A stretch of DNA of 64,000 nucleotides from Polyangiaceae bacterium (GCA_033763455.1 JANRKO010000092.1:32001-96000), one strand, 5' to 3'; positions 9,677-19,961 are shown, counted from the first letter of the stretch. The notes: a model not told the origin generated them from the sequence alone. Numbers and translations are program-made.

Positions 9677-9952
9677 TCGCACGGCAATGCCGCGCCCACT
9701 CGATACTCGCCCTAGCGTTCTCAGCACGAAAAGAAGCATAGCTGCTGCTTGGACAGGCGTGGGGTGCCTGACCGAATGTTACGACTCTTTTGAGAAAAAT
9801 GGACAAATGCTCCACTTTTCCCTCGCCCCGGGAGCCTGCGCGGAGCGAGGCGCAGCATTACCCGACTGAGCTCAATTCTACGCTTGGAGTGGCTTCATCC
9901 GTACATCAACCTTTTCGAGGCAACGCCCGCTTTCGGTTGAATGGGAAACACC

Positions 9953-10822
9953 TCAATACATGCCGCTTTCCTTGAAGGCGCCCGGCGAAACCCCGAAGCG
10001 TCGAGTGAAGACTTTTCCAAAGTAATTTGCCGAAGAAAACCCAACATGCGCCGCTATTTCTTTCACCGAAAGGCGGCCCTCCTGCACCAGCTCTACGGCG
10101 GCATCCAAACGCAACTGCATAAGGTAGCGGCCGGGAGAGATGCGCACGCACTTTTGGAACTCGCGGGTAAAATGGTGTCGACTCAAGCCGGCAGCATTGG
10201 CCATTTGCGGGACTCCTATCGGACGCCCAAGATTCTGCCGGCAGTACTCTCTCACGCGCCTGACGAACGGTGGCACGTTGGCATCGTCCGAGCGTTGCAC
10301 TGCATCGAGCGCCTCCATCGCCAAGCTGTACGCAAGCGCAGAGGCTTGCGCCGCAGATGCTATATCGCCGCGCAGCACTCGTTCGCAGACTCGCGCGGCA
10401 GTGCTAACTGGGGGGGCGCCTTCGGGGAATTGCACGAGCGGCCCCACCCGCGCCAACAGGTGTGCCCACACACGAGCAACGGCGGGCCCACGCAGCGCGA
10501 GGTAGAAGAATTCCCAGTTGCCGCCTTCAGGCAGAAAGTATCGGTTATCGTGAGGGAACGAGAGCAACATCGTTTGCCCTGGCAAAACTGGGCTCGTTTT
10601 TCCCTCGAAGGTCAATCGCCCTTCGCCCGAGATGGTGTGCTGAAAGAGTACAAATTCGGCGTACTTCCGCTTCAGACCATGCCAATCGTAAGGCGGCTGC
10701 CGGATGTGCGAAAACCCTGCACTTGCGATCCCTGCATCAAGCTCAACCGCGCTCTCCTTGAACAGCAACGGGCGCTCCAGGTGGCCGAGCCGTTTCAGGG
10801 GGGAATACAGCAGCGGAGGCAT
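9953..10822 (-). CDS. AraC family transcriptional regulator
   Basis: Sensor segment (FQHTISGEGRLTFEG) plus AraC HTH (IAAHVGFSSANYFGKVFTRRFGVSPGAFK). Divergent from the glycosidase. Start moved to ATG 10822. Confidence 0.93.
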   Translation of the reverse strand: MPPLLYSPLKRLGHLERPLLFKESAVELDAGIASAGFSHIRQPPYDWHGLKRKYAEFVLFQHTISGEGRLTFEGKTSPVLPGQTMLLSFPHDNRYFLPEGGNWEFFYLALRGPAVARVWAHLLARVGPLVQFPEGAPPVSTAARVCERVLRGDIASAAQASALAYSLAMEALDAVQRSDDANVPPFVRRVREYCRQNLGRPIGVPQMANAAGLSRHHFTREFQKCVRISPGRYLMQLRLDAAVELVQEGRLSVKEIAAHVGFSSANYFGKVFTRRFGVSPGAFKESGMY

Positions 10823-10919
10823 AACAAGGCTTTCGAACGGAACTTCTCTAAGTTTTCCTAAGGCCTTCCAATAGAACTTCTTTAGCTCCCTTCGGTCAAG
10901 CAACCAACTGTGAAAAATC

Positions 10920-12962
10920 ATGGCAAGCTCTATCACTTTCTCTCACAACGAACTCGTCGCCCGAAGCTTTTGCATGGAGCGTAGGTGGGCAATCAAGGAT
11001 GGTTTACTCATTGCTACCAGCCTCACTCGTATTGCTGCTTCGGGCACCCGACGCGAGTGGTTGCAACCGCACTCGTTCGTCACGCCGGAGGGGGTGCGCC
11101 CATCGGTGGTCCCGCCTTCCGGGCCGCCGCTGGGCCCCCATACCGTCGAGTTTACGCTGTTAGACGGCCCTGAATCGCCCGTGCACGCCCCGGCCGTTCG
11201 AGCTTGCCTCGAAGTGTTGGCGGCGGAGGGTTCCGGGTATTGTTTTCTGGTTTCGGTGTTCGAAGGTAGTGGCGCTATCGTGTGCAGGCTGGAGCAGCGA
11301 GGCAGTGCCCTGGCTGAGCGCCGAGCGCTGGGGGAAGCTGAGAGCGCTGGTGCTTCGCCCACGGGCGTGGAGGTCGACGAGCAGTTGGCATCCGTTGCGG
11401 GTATTGGAAGAGACCTCCTGGAGTCGTTTACCTGCGCAGGTTTCCATTTGAACCTAACCGTGGTGGATCTGGTCGATCAAACTGATATTCATGATACGCT
11501 CGCCTTTGAACGCAGCTTTCGCCTCTGCAACATCGAGAAGGTGAGCGCGAGCACCTGCCTGGCTGCTTTGGAAGATCCGCTGACGGAAGAGGGCCTCTTG
11601 CTCGTGAAGCTGGCACCGCTTCCTCATGCTCAGGCCGTAAGGTCACCGGCGGATGTTGTGACGGACGGTCTTCATATTCAGCTTCTTGGCCACGGATTTG
11701 TGGCGCCTGGCCGCGGCTACCGCTGGTGCGTTCTGCCCTACGAAGGTGGGCGCATGGGGAGGGCTCGAAAGCTGCACGCGCTGCAACGGTCGCTTCGCGT
11801 GCCGCGCCGAGGGCGAGATGGGCAACTGATTTCCAACACGTGGGGAGACCGCAACCGGGACACTCGGATCAGTGCGGAGTTCATTTGCAAGGAAATGCTG
11901 CATGGGGCCCGCTTAGGAATAGATGTTTGCGAAATCGACGACGGTTGGGAGCAAGGGATCACTTCCAACTCGGCGGAGGCGCGCGCGAAAAATGGTGTTT
12001 GGGAGGGATATTGGGCGGCAGACCCCGAGTATTGGCAGCCACGGGCTCGCACTTTTCCGGACGGCATGGCCCCCGTGGTACGCGCCGCGCGTGAAGTGAA
12101 TATTGGGCTCGGGCTTTGGTTTGGGCCTGATAGTTCGGACGACTTTAGCAACTGGCAAAAGGACGTGCAGGCTTGCCTTCACATGTGGCGCTCTTGGCAG
12201 GTGGCCTTCATCAAGCTGGATGGTGTGAAGCTGCGAAGCCAAAAGTCAGCGGAGAATTTTCAGCGTTTTTTGGACACCACGCTTCGCGAGTCGGCAGGCG
12301 ATATTATTTTTGATATGGATATCACCGCGGAGAATCGCCCAGGGTATTTGGGGGCTATCGAAGCAGGTCAGCTTTTTTTGGAGAATCGTTACACGGATTG
12401 GCGGCGCTATTTCCCTCACGCTACGCTTCGCAACATCTGGATGTTGTCGTGGTACGTGCCGCCGCAGCGCTTGCGCATGGAATTCCTGAACCCCGCGCGC
12501 AATCAAGAGCGCTTCTTTGAGGACCCTTTGGCTCCCGCTCAATATCCGCCCGAAATGCTGTTTGCCGTGGTGATGGCCACGGCCCCGCTTGGCTTTTTCG
12601 AAGTGAGCGAGCTTCCACCGTCGGTGGTGGCTGCTTGGCAGCCGATCATCGCGATTTGGCGTGAGCACCGTGAGGAGCTTCAACGCGGATCCATGCTGCC
12701 CATCGGTGAATGTCCATCCGGCGCTAGCTTTACGGGGTTCTGTTCGGATACCGACGGCGTGGCACACGTCCTTGTCTATCGAGAGCTTACCCGTTCGGCC
12801 AAAGCTCAGCTCGCGCTCCCTTTGGAGGGCGCTTGGGCCGTGAACACCAAGATCGCGGGTGACGGTGAAGCCCTTTTGGATGGCACAACACTGCACGTGC
12901 ACCTACCCAAAGCGCTCAGCTTTGCGTGGTTTCGCCTGGTACGGGATCCTCGCCACGTGTGA
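10920..12962 (+). CDS. Glycoside hydrolase of clan GH-D (GH36/GH27 alpha-galactosidase-like)
   Basis: Motifs NTWG, IDDGW, FPDGMAPV, GLGLWF and FIKLDG (nucleophile Asp); no obvious signal peptide. Confidence 0.85.
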   Translation: MASSITFSHNELVARSFCMERRWAIKDGLLIATSLTRIAASGTRREWLQPHSFVTPEGVRPSVVPPSGPPLGPHTVEFTLLDGPESPVHAPAVRACLEVLAAEGSGYCFLVSVFEGSGAIVCRLEQRGSALAERRALGEAESAGASPTGVEVDEQLASVAGIGRDLLESFTCAGFHLNLTVVDLVDQTDIHDTLAFERSFRLCNIEKVSASTCLAALEDPLTEEGLLLVKLAPLPHAQAVRSPADVVTDGLHIQLLGHGFVAPGRGYRWCVLPYEGGRMGRARKLHALQRSLRVPRRGRDGQLISNTWGDRNRDTRISAEFICKEMLHGARLGIDVCEIDDGWEQGITSNSAEARAKNGVWEGYWAADPEYWQPRARTFPDGMAPVVRAAREVNIGLGLWFGPDSSDDFSNWQKDVQACLHMWRSWQVAFIKLDGVKLRSQKSAENFQRFLDTTLRESAGDIIFDMDITAENRPGYLGAIEAGQLFLENRYTDWRRYFPHATLRNIWMLSWYVPPQRLRMEFLNPARNQERFFEDPLAPAQYPPEMLFAVVMATAPLGFFEVSELPPSVVAAWQPIIAIWREHREELQRGSMLPIGECPSGASFTGFCSDTDGVAHVLVYRELTRSAKAQLALPLEGAWAVNTKIAGDGEALLDGTTLHVHLPKALSFAWFRLVRDPRHV

Positions 12963-12998
12963 GCAGCCGGGCGGAGCCCGCAGCGCGCGAACTGCAGC

Positions 12999-13970
12999 TC
13001 AGCGGCAACCGATGCGTTCGGTTCCAAGAGCTAGATCGTCGTACCAAAGAGTTGCCGGATCGCCGCTATATTTTTCATACCCGATCCCCACCGAGGCGTA
13101 GGTGGGAGACCAATTCATGCGATTCTGGAAGCCATCTTTCATATTAGGGTTCCAGTTGGTAACGTGAAGAGGCAAAATTTCTTGGTCATCCACCCAAACG
13201 CGGGCCTCTTGATTCTGCCCGTCGAAGTGCACCTCCAAGCAGTACCAAGTGTCGGGCAGAAAGCTGAGCCCGGGTGTGCCGTCATCGTAGTCACGGCCGC
13301 TTGAGAGTTGCTCTGGATCGCCCGGCATCAGATTCACTTCGAGCATCTTGTAGTGATACCCGACGCGCAGCTCGTGGTCGTCCATGGCGTTCTTCCCAGC
13401 CTCAACGTACGTGGAATGCCCCGAGCCCATGGGAGACGAGGAGCGCAGGAATACGCGCAAAAAGAACGAATTGTTGGCCACTGGCAAGCCTGTTTTAGGC
13501 CTCAAGAACGCTCGGTAGCCCGTGCCCAGAACCTTGACGGAGTTGGCACCGGAGTGGGCAAGCGATCCATCAACGGCGATGCCCTGGCTCGTGATGAGAT
13601 CGACAGTCCACTTGTTGGGATCAGGCGGCCCACTAGGCACAGCCGACTCGAAGTCATCACACAGAAAGAGACCGGAGGCGGCGCATGGACCGGTCTGAGT
13701 AGGCGCTCCGACGGTTCCTCCGGAGCCCAAGGTTGCGGCTGAGGTGCCGCCGTTTTCTGATTGGGCCCGTGGATTGGACCCTCCGCTTCCAGCGCCAGGG
13801 CTTCCGCCGAGCGAGACTGCTGAGGTGGAGCCAGCAGCCATCCCCGAGCCGCCGAGCCCTCCTGCATGCGCAGGAGCTCCCTTGTGCGCTGTCGTGCCCC
13901 CAGCGTTGCCGCAAGCAGGGAGCGTCGGCAGAATACCGAGGGCAAAGAATGGTGCGAGGTGCAGCTTCAT
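12999..13970 (-). CDS. Lipoprotein with a ConA/beta-sandwich domain resembling the Cip1-like core
   Basis: Lipobox LPAC and Gly-rich linker, then the pattern LCDDFES...PDPNKW...AHSGANSVKV...FFLRVF...WYCLEVHFDG...LWYDDLALGTERIGC. Confidence 0.7.
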   Translation of the reverse strand: MKLHLAPFFALGILPTLPACGNAGGTTAHKGAPAHAGGLGGSGMAAGSTSAVSLGGSPGAGSGGSNPRAQSENGGTSAATLGSGGTVGAPTQTGPCAASGLFLCDDFESAVPSGPPDPNKWTVDLITSQGIAVDGSLAHSGANSVKVLGTGYRAFLRPKTGLPVANNSFFLRVFLRSSSPMGSGHSTYVEAGKNAMDDHELRVGYHYKMLEVNLMPGDPEQLSSGRDYDDGTPGLSFLPDTWYCLEVHFDGQNQEARVWVDDQEILPLHVTNWNPNMKDGFQNRMNWSPTYASVGIGYEKYSGDPATLWYDDLALGTERIGCR

Positions 13971-13981
13971 GCGGGTGAGTC

Positions 13982-15397
13982 CTAAACCAAGATCTCTGAA
14001 AGCACGCCGCGATTGATCCCGGCGTCCCCAAAAGTTGGAATGTTGGCGCCTAAGGCGTGAGCCAAGGTGACTAACAGATCGTTATGACTGCGTGCACCTG
14101 TGCCAGGCTGTGCATTCGGGCTCAGCACCGGATAGGTGACGTTCTGCCCCGTTTTGATGCGACCTCCGGCTCCTCCTAGCAAAACAAAGGGCATGTTGGC
14201 GTGGTTGTGACTATTGCCGTTGTCCAGCTCATTTCCCCAGCACAAAAGGCTCTGCTTAAGAAGAGGCTCACCCCCTGCGCCAGTGGCGGTGCTCAGCAGA
14301 CCCAGAAAGTATGCGACTTGATCGGCCAACCACACATTCACGGTCGTCGCCCGTTCAATGGGGATCTTATAATTTGCTAACTGCTCCGCTGTGGGATGGT
14401 CGGGATCCGGCATCGCATAGCCGCCAGCGCCCAGGCCCTGTGCCTGGGGAACTTGGTGCGAGATGCCATCGTGAAAATCCACGGGGATATTGAGGAATTC
14501 TGGCACCCAGGGGCTGCGCGCCTGGGAGAACTGAAAACTCGCAATGCGCGTCAAACCGCACGTGAGTGCCATCGATAAAATCTCAAGTTGTGTCCGAACG
14601 AGAGCCGGGTAGTCGAACACCGTCGGCAACGTGGGTGCTGTGCAAAGCGTAGAGGGCGCCTGAGTCACGTCGGTCTGTTTGGCGATGTTGTTCCACGACT
14701 CGCGCAATGCCTGAAGCTGCCTCCGATCCTCTGAAATAAGGCGTGGTTCGAGATCGTTGAGCTCTTGGTGTAGATGCGCAAAAAGCGCCTTCCGCATTAA
14801 AATGCGTTCGTCAGCTGAGCCCGCGCCAGCGCTCGGGAGACCGAAAAACAATTCGTCGACCGTTGTTTTAGGATCTTCACGCGGATCGAGTGGCTGACCC
14901 CACCCCGAGTAGATCATCCGGTTGAGCCCACTTGCTCCTTGATAGTCCTGCGGAGATTTGGCCCGCAACTCAAGCGTTCGAAATCGCGTCTTGGGCTTCA
15001 GCTCATCGGCGATACGCTGATCGATGGATGGAGAAGCCGCGAATCCTTCGTCGCCGCTCGCAGCGACCCCCGTCCAGAGCGTCTTCATACCCGGGCCGTG
15101 CGTGCCCCCATCCACGGCCTGATTTTCGAGCCCCGTTACAACGATGACTTGCTCTCGGAAAGGTTCGAGGGGTTTCAGCCAGGGGCGGAGCGACATCTTG
15201 TTGTCCACCGTGTCGGCGCCGTAGAGGTGCCTTACGACTCCGTTGGGAGTGAACAAGAGTACGAGGATCGGCTCTGCCACCGCGGCGGTTGCTGTCGGAA
15301 GCCCTCGAACAAAGGGGGCAGCTAAGGCGGAGCAGCCCAGCCCCGCAAGAAATCTGCGGCGGCTAGTGGTTCCAGCTCCAAAGCGCAATAGCTTCAC
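13982..15397 (-). CDS. DUF1552 (HXXSHH) family protein, Tat-exported
   Basis: Twin-arginine signal SRRRFL; motifs FTPNG, LKPLEPF, SIDQRIA, ALTCGLTR, HDGISH, NSHNHANMPFVLLGGAGG and HNDLLVTL; GTGA overlap with the upstream gene; GGAGG RBS. Confidence 0.92.
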   Translation of the reverse strand: MKLLRFGAGTTSRRRFLAGLGCSALAAPFVRGLPTATAAVAEPILVLLFTPNGVVRHLYGADTVDNKMSLRPWLKPLEPFREQVIVVTGLENQAVDGGTHGPGMKTLWTGVAASGDEGFAASPSIDQRIADELKPKTRFRTLELRAKSPQDYQGASGLNRMIYSGWGQPLDPREDPKTTVDELFFGLPSAGAGSADERILMRKALFAHLHQELNDLEPRLISEDRRQLQALRESWNNIAKQTDVTQAPSTLCTAPTLPTVFDYPALVRTQLEILSMALTCGLTRIASFQFSQARSPWVPEFLNIPVDFHDGISHQVPQAQGLGAGGYAMPDPDHPTAEQLANYKIPIERATTVNVWLADQVAYFLGLLSTATGAGGEPLLKQSLLCWGNELDNGNSHNHANMPFVLLGGAGGRIKTGQNVTYPVLSPNAQPGTGARSHNDLLVTLAHALGANIPTFGDAGINRGVLSEILV

Positions 15398-17046
15398 GGT
15401 GTGCCTCCAGCATGTAACCGACGAAACCTAAAAAGCTCGCTGGATGCCACCAACGCGACGGCTTCACTGAGCTCATAATTTCGGGTTTTGAAGCGTTCAT
15501 ACACGTGCTTGAGTGCACACGCGTCGTCCTCTTGTTCTGGGCGTCGCATCAGGTAGCGAGCTATTTCCAGGGTATAACACTGCGCAACGTGCTCGCTCTG
15601 GGCAAGCTTCGCGGTAAGTTCTGGTAGATCGGCAAAGGGCCCAGAAATGTCCGCAGCGGGAGCGGTTCTTGGGGCGACCACCACGCCGCTTGCGGCTTCG
15701 TTCGGCAGATAACGTCCGATGGCGTCAAACTGGTTGAAGCCTTGGCCGAGCCCGTCCAGAAATTGATGGCAGCCAGCGCAGACGGGGTCTTTACTGTGTG
15801 CTGCGAAGGCCGCGCTCGGCGAACTGTCTGCACCCACGATGACCTCGGTCTGCACGCCGGGCGGCGGCGGTGCCACCGGATCGCACAGCAAGCGTTCCCG
15901 AAGCATGAGCCCGCGTTTGACGGGCGACGGCTTCTCGGGATGAGCGTGCTGGCTGAGGAAGCCGGGTTGGGCGAGAATACCTAGCCGCACCCCATGAGCA
16001 TCGGTAGCGTAGGCCTTCGCGAGCGTCGGATCCGAGAACGTGAACGGCACATTGAGAAGGGAGCTGAGCGTCCCTCCGGCGTTCACAAGTCCTGCATAAT
16101 ACCCCTGATATTCTTTACCTAAGTACGGCTGGATCGCCGCAAAATCCGGGAATAGGTCGGCCGCCTTTCGGAGATTATCGAGATTCTCAACCCCCAGCCA
16201 TTGGCTGGAAAAATCGCTGAACATTCTGGAGGCTCGCGCGTCCTTGAGCATACCGCGCGCCAGATTCTCAACATTCGCTTCGGTAGATGCTTGCGCCGCG
16301 GCGCTGAGCAAAGCGTCATCCGGCGCCGATTTCCAGAGCGCAAGGCTCAAACGGCCCGCAAGCTCGGTGGGTGAGAGCGGCGTGGTGCTTGCAGTCGGGC
16401 TCACACCCGCGACCCCAACCTCAGTGGCAGCCGGCACGGTGAACAAGAATTTCGGCGACAGCAACACCGCTTGTACAGCGACCTGAACGCGCGCTTGTGC
16501 CGACAGATCAGCTCCCGCTCTTACGAGCGAGCTCAGCCGTTCCTTGTCGGCCGCGGTGACAGCGCCCCGGAACGCACGCATTGCAAGCCCTTGCACGTAG
16601 CTCTCGCTGCAGGCAACCTCTTCAAAATTGGCGCAGCCCGAGCGAGCAGCCCAGTTTGTAACAACGTTTTCGGCCAGCGCCTCGGCTGCACTCAGATACT
16701 GCCCGGCGCTCGTTTCACTCAGAACGAGTTCAAAATTCTGATCGAAGGCACCGACTTTGGTATTCGAAACCTGAAGCGCCGCCGGAGGCGCGGACCCCCC
16801 GAGCAAATCCGTGACCAGGCTTTGGTATTCGATAGTCGTCAGGCGGCTAAGCGGAGACGCTGCTACGGAAATAGCGCCGCATTCTTTGGGCGTGGAAAAA
16901 ACGCCGACTCCGACGGGCGTGTTCGTTCTGGGGCCCGGGGGCACAGGGGACGGCCCAGTGGGCGCGGGTGGCGGATTGGAAAGATGCCCTCCGCCTCCCG
17001 CGCTACAGGCGGCACTCAGCAACGCGGCAACAGCGAGGCAACGCAT
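15394..17046 (-). CDS. DUF1592/DUF1588/DUF1595/DUF1587 family lipoprotein with c-type heme motif
   Basis: Motifs RLTTIEY..LVTDLLG, AVLLSPKFLF, ELAGRLSLALWKSAPDDALL, SPVKRG..LLC, CAGCH and FDAIGRY. Start moved to ATG 17046 (lipobox LSAAC). Confidence 0.93.
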   Translation of the reverse strand: MRCLAVAALLSAACSAGGGGHLSNPPPAPTGPSPVPPGPRTNTPVGVGVFSTPKECGAISVAASPLSRLTTIEYQSLVTDLLGGSAPPAALQVSNTKVGAFDQNFELVLSETSAGQYLSAAEALAENVVTNWAARSGCANFEEVACSESYVQGLAMRAFRGAVTAADKERLSSLVRAGADLSAQARVQVAVQAVLLSPKFLFTVPAATEVGVAGVSPTASTTPLSPTELAGRLSLALWKSAPDDALLSAAAQASTEANVENLARGMLKDARASRMFSDFSSQWLGVENLDNLRKAADLFPDFAAIQPYLGKEYQGYYAGLVNAGGTLSSLLNVPFTFSDPTLAKAYATDAHGVRLGILAQPGFLSQHAHPEKPSPVKRGLMLRERLLCDPVAPPPPGVQTEVIVGADSSPSAAFAAHSKDPVCAGCHQFLDGLGQGFNQFDAIGRYLPNEAASGVVVAPRTAPAADISGPFADLPELTAKLAQSEHVAQCYTLEIARYLMRRPEQEDDACALKHVYERFKTRNYELSEAVALVASSELFRFRRLHAGGTP

Positions 17047-17148
17047 CTTGAGCAGATCGCTTTGCCACGAGTGTATGCCGCCGCCAAGGTGATCTACGTG
17101 ATCGCACAACCCACATTAGACGCACAGCCCTCCCCGGAGAGACGCCCT

Positions 17149-17937
17149 TCAGAGCGTCGGCGCACACACTGAACCCGCCGTACCAGCTTCCGCAAACTTA
17201 ACCGTTTGGGTACACGTCGTAGTTGTCCCGGTGGCGCGACAGAACGAACAATCTGCAGGCGACTGGCAGGATTTGTAGCAGTAGTTTTTCCCATCGGCGG
17301 CCGTAACGCAGGCTGCATCTTTGCCGCAGTCCGCATTGACCGTGCAATCCTTCTTCCCGCAGTAGCCGCCACTCACGGTGGTGATGCACGTGAGGCCACC
17401 GGTGCAATCGGTGTCTTTGGCGCAGCCAGCACCCACTGAGCAATCCCCCGGTACACATACTTTGCGGTTGTTGGCACCGCCACCCGACGATCGGCATATG
17501 AAGGAGGAGCCAGCGAAGCGTTGGCAATACTCCTGATCGTCGGTGACCTTTGCCGCATCGAGATCCGTTTTTTCGCAGCTCAAGAAGCACATGTTCATGC
17601 CTGTTGACTCAAACGGCGAACACACTTCTGTGTGCGTGGTTGAGCACTCCCCCGCGGCACTGCAGCATTCGGAATCATCTTGGCACGTGTGGGTGCAGTA
17701 CCCTCCCTGGACGCGATCAAGGCACATGGCTTCTCCTTTGAGTGCGCCTGGAGCAACGTTCGGGAAGCATTCTGTTGCCACCGTGCAGACAGAGCCGGTT
17801 TGGCCCGCTGGAATGGAACTTGAGGGGCTCGGCGCTGGGCCGGCAGTACCATTACTGGAATCACCCCCGCACCCAGTGGCGAGCAAGCTCAGAGAAAATA
17901 GACAAGCGATTCCAGCAAGAAAGAAGTGTGTTTTCAT
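17149..17937 (-). CDS. Cysteine-rich lipoprotein
   Basis: Lipobox LATGC; repeated GGYC...C..D.(E/D)C units. Start moved to ATG 17937. Confidence 0.85.
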   Translation of the reverse strand: MKTHFFLAGIACLFSLSLLATGCGGDSSNGTAGPAPSPSSSIPAGQTGSVCTVATECFPNVAPGALKGEAMCLDRVQGGYCTHTCQDDSECCSAAGECSTTHTEVCSPFESTGMNMCFLSCEKTDLDAAKVTDDQEYCQRFAGSSFICRSSGGGANNRKVCVPGDCSVGAGCAKDTDCTGGLTCITTVSGGYCGKKDCTVNADCGKDAACVTAADGKNYCYKSCQSPADCSFCRATGTTTTCTQTVKFAEAGTAGSVCAPTL

Positions 17938-18155
17938 TCCCCATCTGAGTGGGCGGAGGCCAGGGAGATTATTACTGGGGCGATCCGACCCCCGGCTGGG
18001 TTCAAAATTCTTCTTCAAGTTTGAGAATATCGGCCACGGCTTCCCACCTACTGCTCAGCCAGGGCGGCCTAGGAGCGAGAATTTCTGGATCGCCGGCTTA
18101 GGTGCGCCCGTGCGCGTGCCGTTGAAACCTGACCACTGCAGAAAGTGAGTGCCTG

Positions 18156-19931
18156 GTGCGAGTTTTAAGAGTTGCGTTGGTCTTTGGGTTGTTGGGTTTG
18201 GGGCTTGCCGTCGGGTGTTCCTCAGGAAGTGAGTCCAGCGGCGGGGGCGTGCCCGGAGCCGTCGGGGGCAGTGGCCTCGTGCCGTCGGGGGGCGGGCTGT
18301 CTGTTTCGGGGGGCAGCGGCAACATGGTTGGTGGCTCGCGAAGCGGTGGAGCGTCGGGCCTTGGCAATGTTGGGGCAGCCGGATCCGCAGGTGCTTTAGG
18401 TAATCCTGGCGGGGCTAGTGCAGGCGGTGCTGTCACCAATGGTGGCGCGGCCGGCGTTGGTGGCGCGGTCGGCGTCGGTGGCGCCATGGGCGTCGCTGGG
18501 AGTTCGGGAGCACCACCGCAGATCTGCGCAAACGTGGGGCAAGCTTGTCAGGCAGATGCGGATTGCTGCACCAACCTTTGCGATTCTCAGACCCAACGTT
18601 GCCAGGGGCTCGCCACAACGTGTGGCGGTGATGGGCAAAGCTGCGACCAACCGGGGGACTGCTGCAGCCTCAATTGCACAGGTAACGTCTGCCAGGGCAA
18701 TTCTTGCAAGGTGCTCGCTGAAGCCTGCAACGGCAATGCAGAATGCTGCTCGGGGCTTTGCACGGGCAATATGTGTCAGCCCGTGAACCCGGGCTCTTCT
18801 TGCACAACGGCCGGGAATTTGTGCGCTAACAGCAGTGATTGCTGCTCCGGCTTGTGTGCGAGTGGGCATTGCGCCATCGCAGGCTCATTTTGCGTGCAGC
18901 AAAACGACGTGTGCGGTGCCAATTCAGATTGCTGCACGGGCGTTTGCAACAAGACCGGCCAAGGCTTGCTCGGAACTTGTGGCGCTCCGCCGGCCGTGCC
19001 TTCGCGTTGTGATACGGTAGCGGGTACGCTGTGTAACAGCTGCGGCGATTGCTGCAGTCGCTTGTGCGCCCCCTATGGGCCCACCGGGGTTTTTATCTGC
19101 CAGCCTGCGCAGGGTTGCCGTGTGAATGGTGAGCTCTGCGTTGAAGATGGCGATTGCTGTGGCGGTATTTCGGGAACGGGGCTCCCCGGTGCCGGAAACG
19201 TCAGCTGCGAGAAAGATGTCGGTGCCCAGTATGGTCGCTGCCGCAACCCGAGCTCCGGAGATGGCAACGCGTGCCAGCCGACGGGCAACGTTTGCCACTA
19301 TAAAGAAGGCGCTTACGAGAATGCGTGTGGTGGCGTTTCATCCGCTCCCGCCAACTGCTGCGAAGAGCCTGGGTTCAAGCAAACCAAGAAGGATATCTGT
19401 GTCCTCGACCGTCTGGGCGTTCCCCGCTGCCAAGGGCTCGTGGATTGTCGCACCGTAGGGGAAAGCTGCTCCAACTCCGGCGATTGCTGTGACGGAAACC
19501 TGTGTGTGGCTGATCCTTTGGATGGTAACAAGCTCAAGTGCACTGTTCCCACCGGCACGGCGTGTATCGTCACCGGCGGGTCCTGCACCATCAACGCTGA
19601 TTGCTGCCCGGGTAATCTGTGCAACGTACCGCTTGGCTCCATCCGCGGAACCTGCAACACCACCACGCCGCCCCCAACAGGCGGGTCAGGAGGGGCAGGT
19701 GGTGCATCGAACAATGGTAGCGGCGGTGCCTCGACGGCCGGTGGAAGTTCCAACGCAGGCGGCACTTCCAACGCAGGCGGCACTTCCAACGCGGGCGGCA
19801 CTTCCAATACCGGCGGCTCCGGTAGCACACCTCCTGCGTGTTCTGCATTCGGCCAAACGTGCGCCCAAAGCACTGATTGTTGCAATAGCGTGCCGTGCAC
19901 CATGGGCGTGTGCCGCTTCCCGTTGTTCTGA
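18156..19931 (+). CDS. Cysteine-rich repeat lipoprotein (many C-x-x-x-x-(D/E)-C-C-x-x-x-C modules)
   Basis: Lipobox LAVGC; Gly-rich linker; about 10 DCC/ECC modules. Confidence 0.9.
   Translation: MRVLRVALVFGLLGLGLAVGCSSGSESSGGGVPGAVGGSGLVPSGGGLSVSGGSGNMVGGSRSGGASGLGNVGAAGSAGALGNPGGASAGGAVTNGGAAGVGGAVGVGGAMGVAGSSGAPPQICANVGQACQADADCCTNLCDSQTQRCQGLATTCGGDGQSCDQPGDCCSLNCTGNVCQGNSCKVLAEACNGNAECCSGLCTGNMCQPVNPGSSCTTAGNLCANSSDCCSGLCASGHCAIAGSFCVQQNDVCGANSDCCTGVCNKTGQGLLGTCGAPPAVPSRCDTVAGTLCNSCGDCCSRLCAPYGPTGVFICQPAQGCRVNGELCVEDGDCCGGISGTGLPGAGNVSCEKDVGAQYGRCRNPSSGDGNACQPTGNVCHYKEGAYENACGGVSSAPANCCEEPGFKQTKKDICVLDRLGVPRCQGLVDCRTVGESCSNSGDCCDGNLCVADPLDGNKLKCTVPTGTACIVTGGSCTINADCCPGNLCNVPLGSIRGTCNTTTPPPTGGSGGAGGASNNGSGGASTAGGSSNAGGTSNAGGTSNAGGTSNTGGSGSTPPACSAFGQTCAQSTDCCNSVPCTMGVCRFPLF
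19748..19807 (+). repeat. In-frame 18-bp tandem repeat (SNAGGT x3)
   Basis: TTCCAACGCAGGCGGCAC x3 with one mismatch, plus a partial copy. Confidence 0.9.
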
Positions 19932-19961
19932 TCTTCCTTTTCAAAGCCGAAGGCCACGTAC

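Noticed and set aside
9941..10861. 306-aa plus-strand ORF
   Set aside because: It is an antisense shadow of the AraC gene and has no recognisable motifs.
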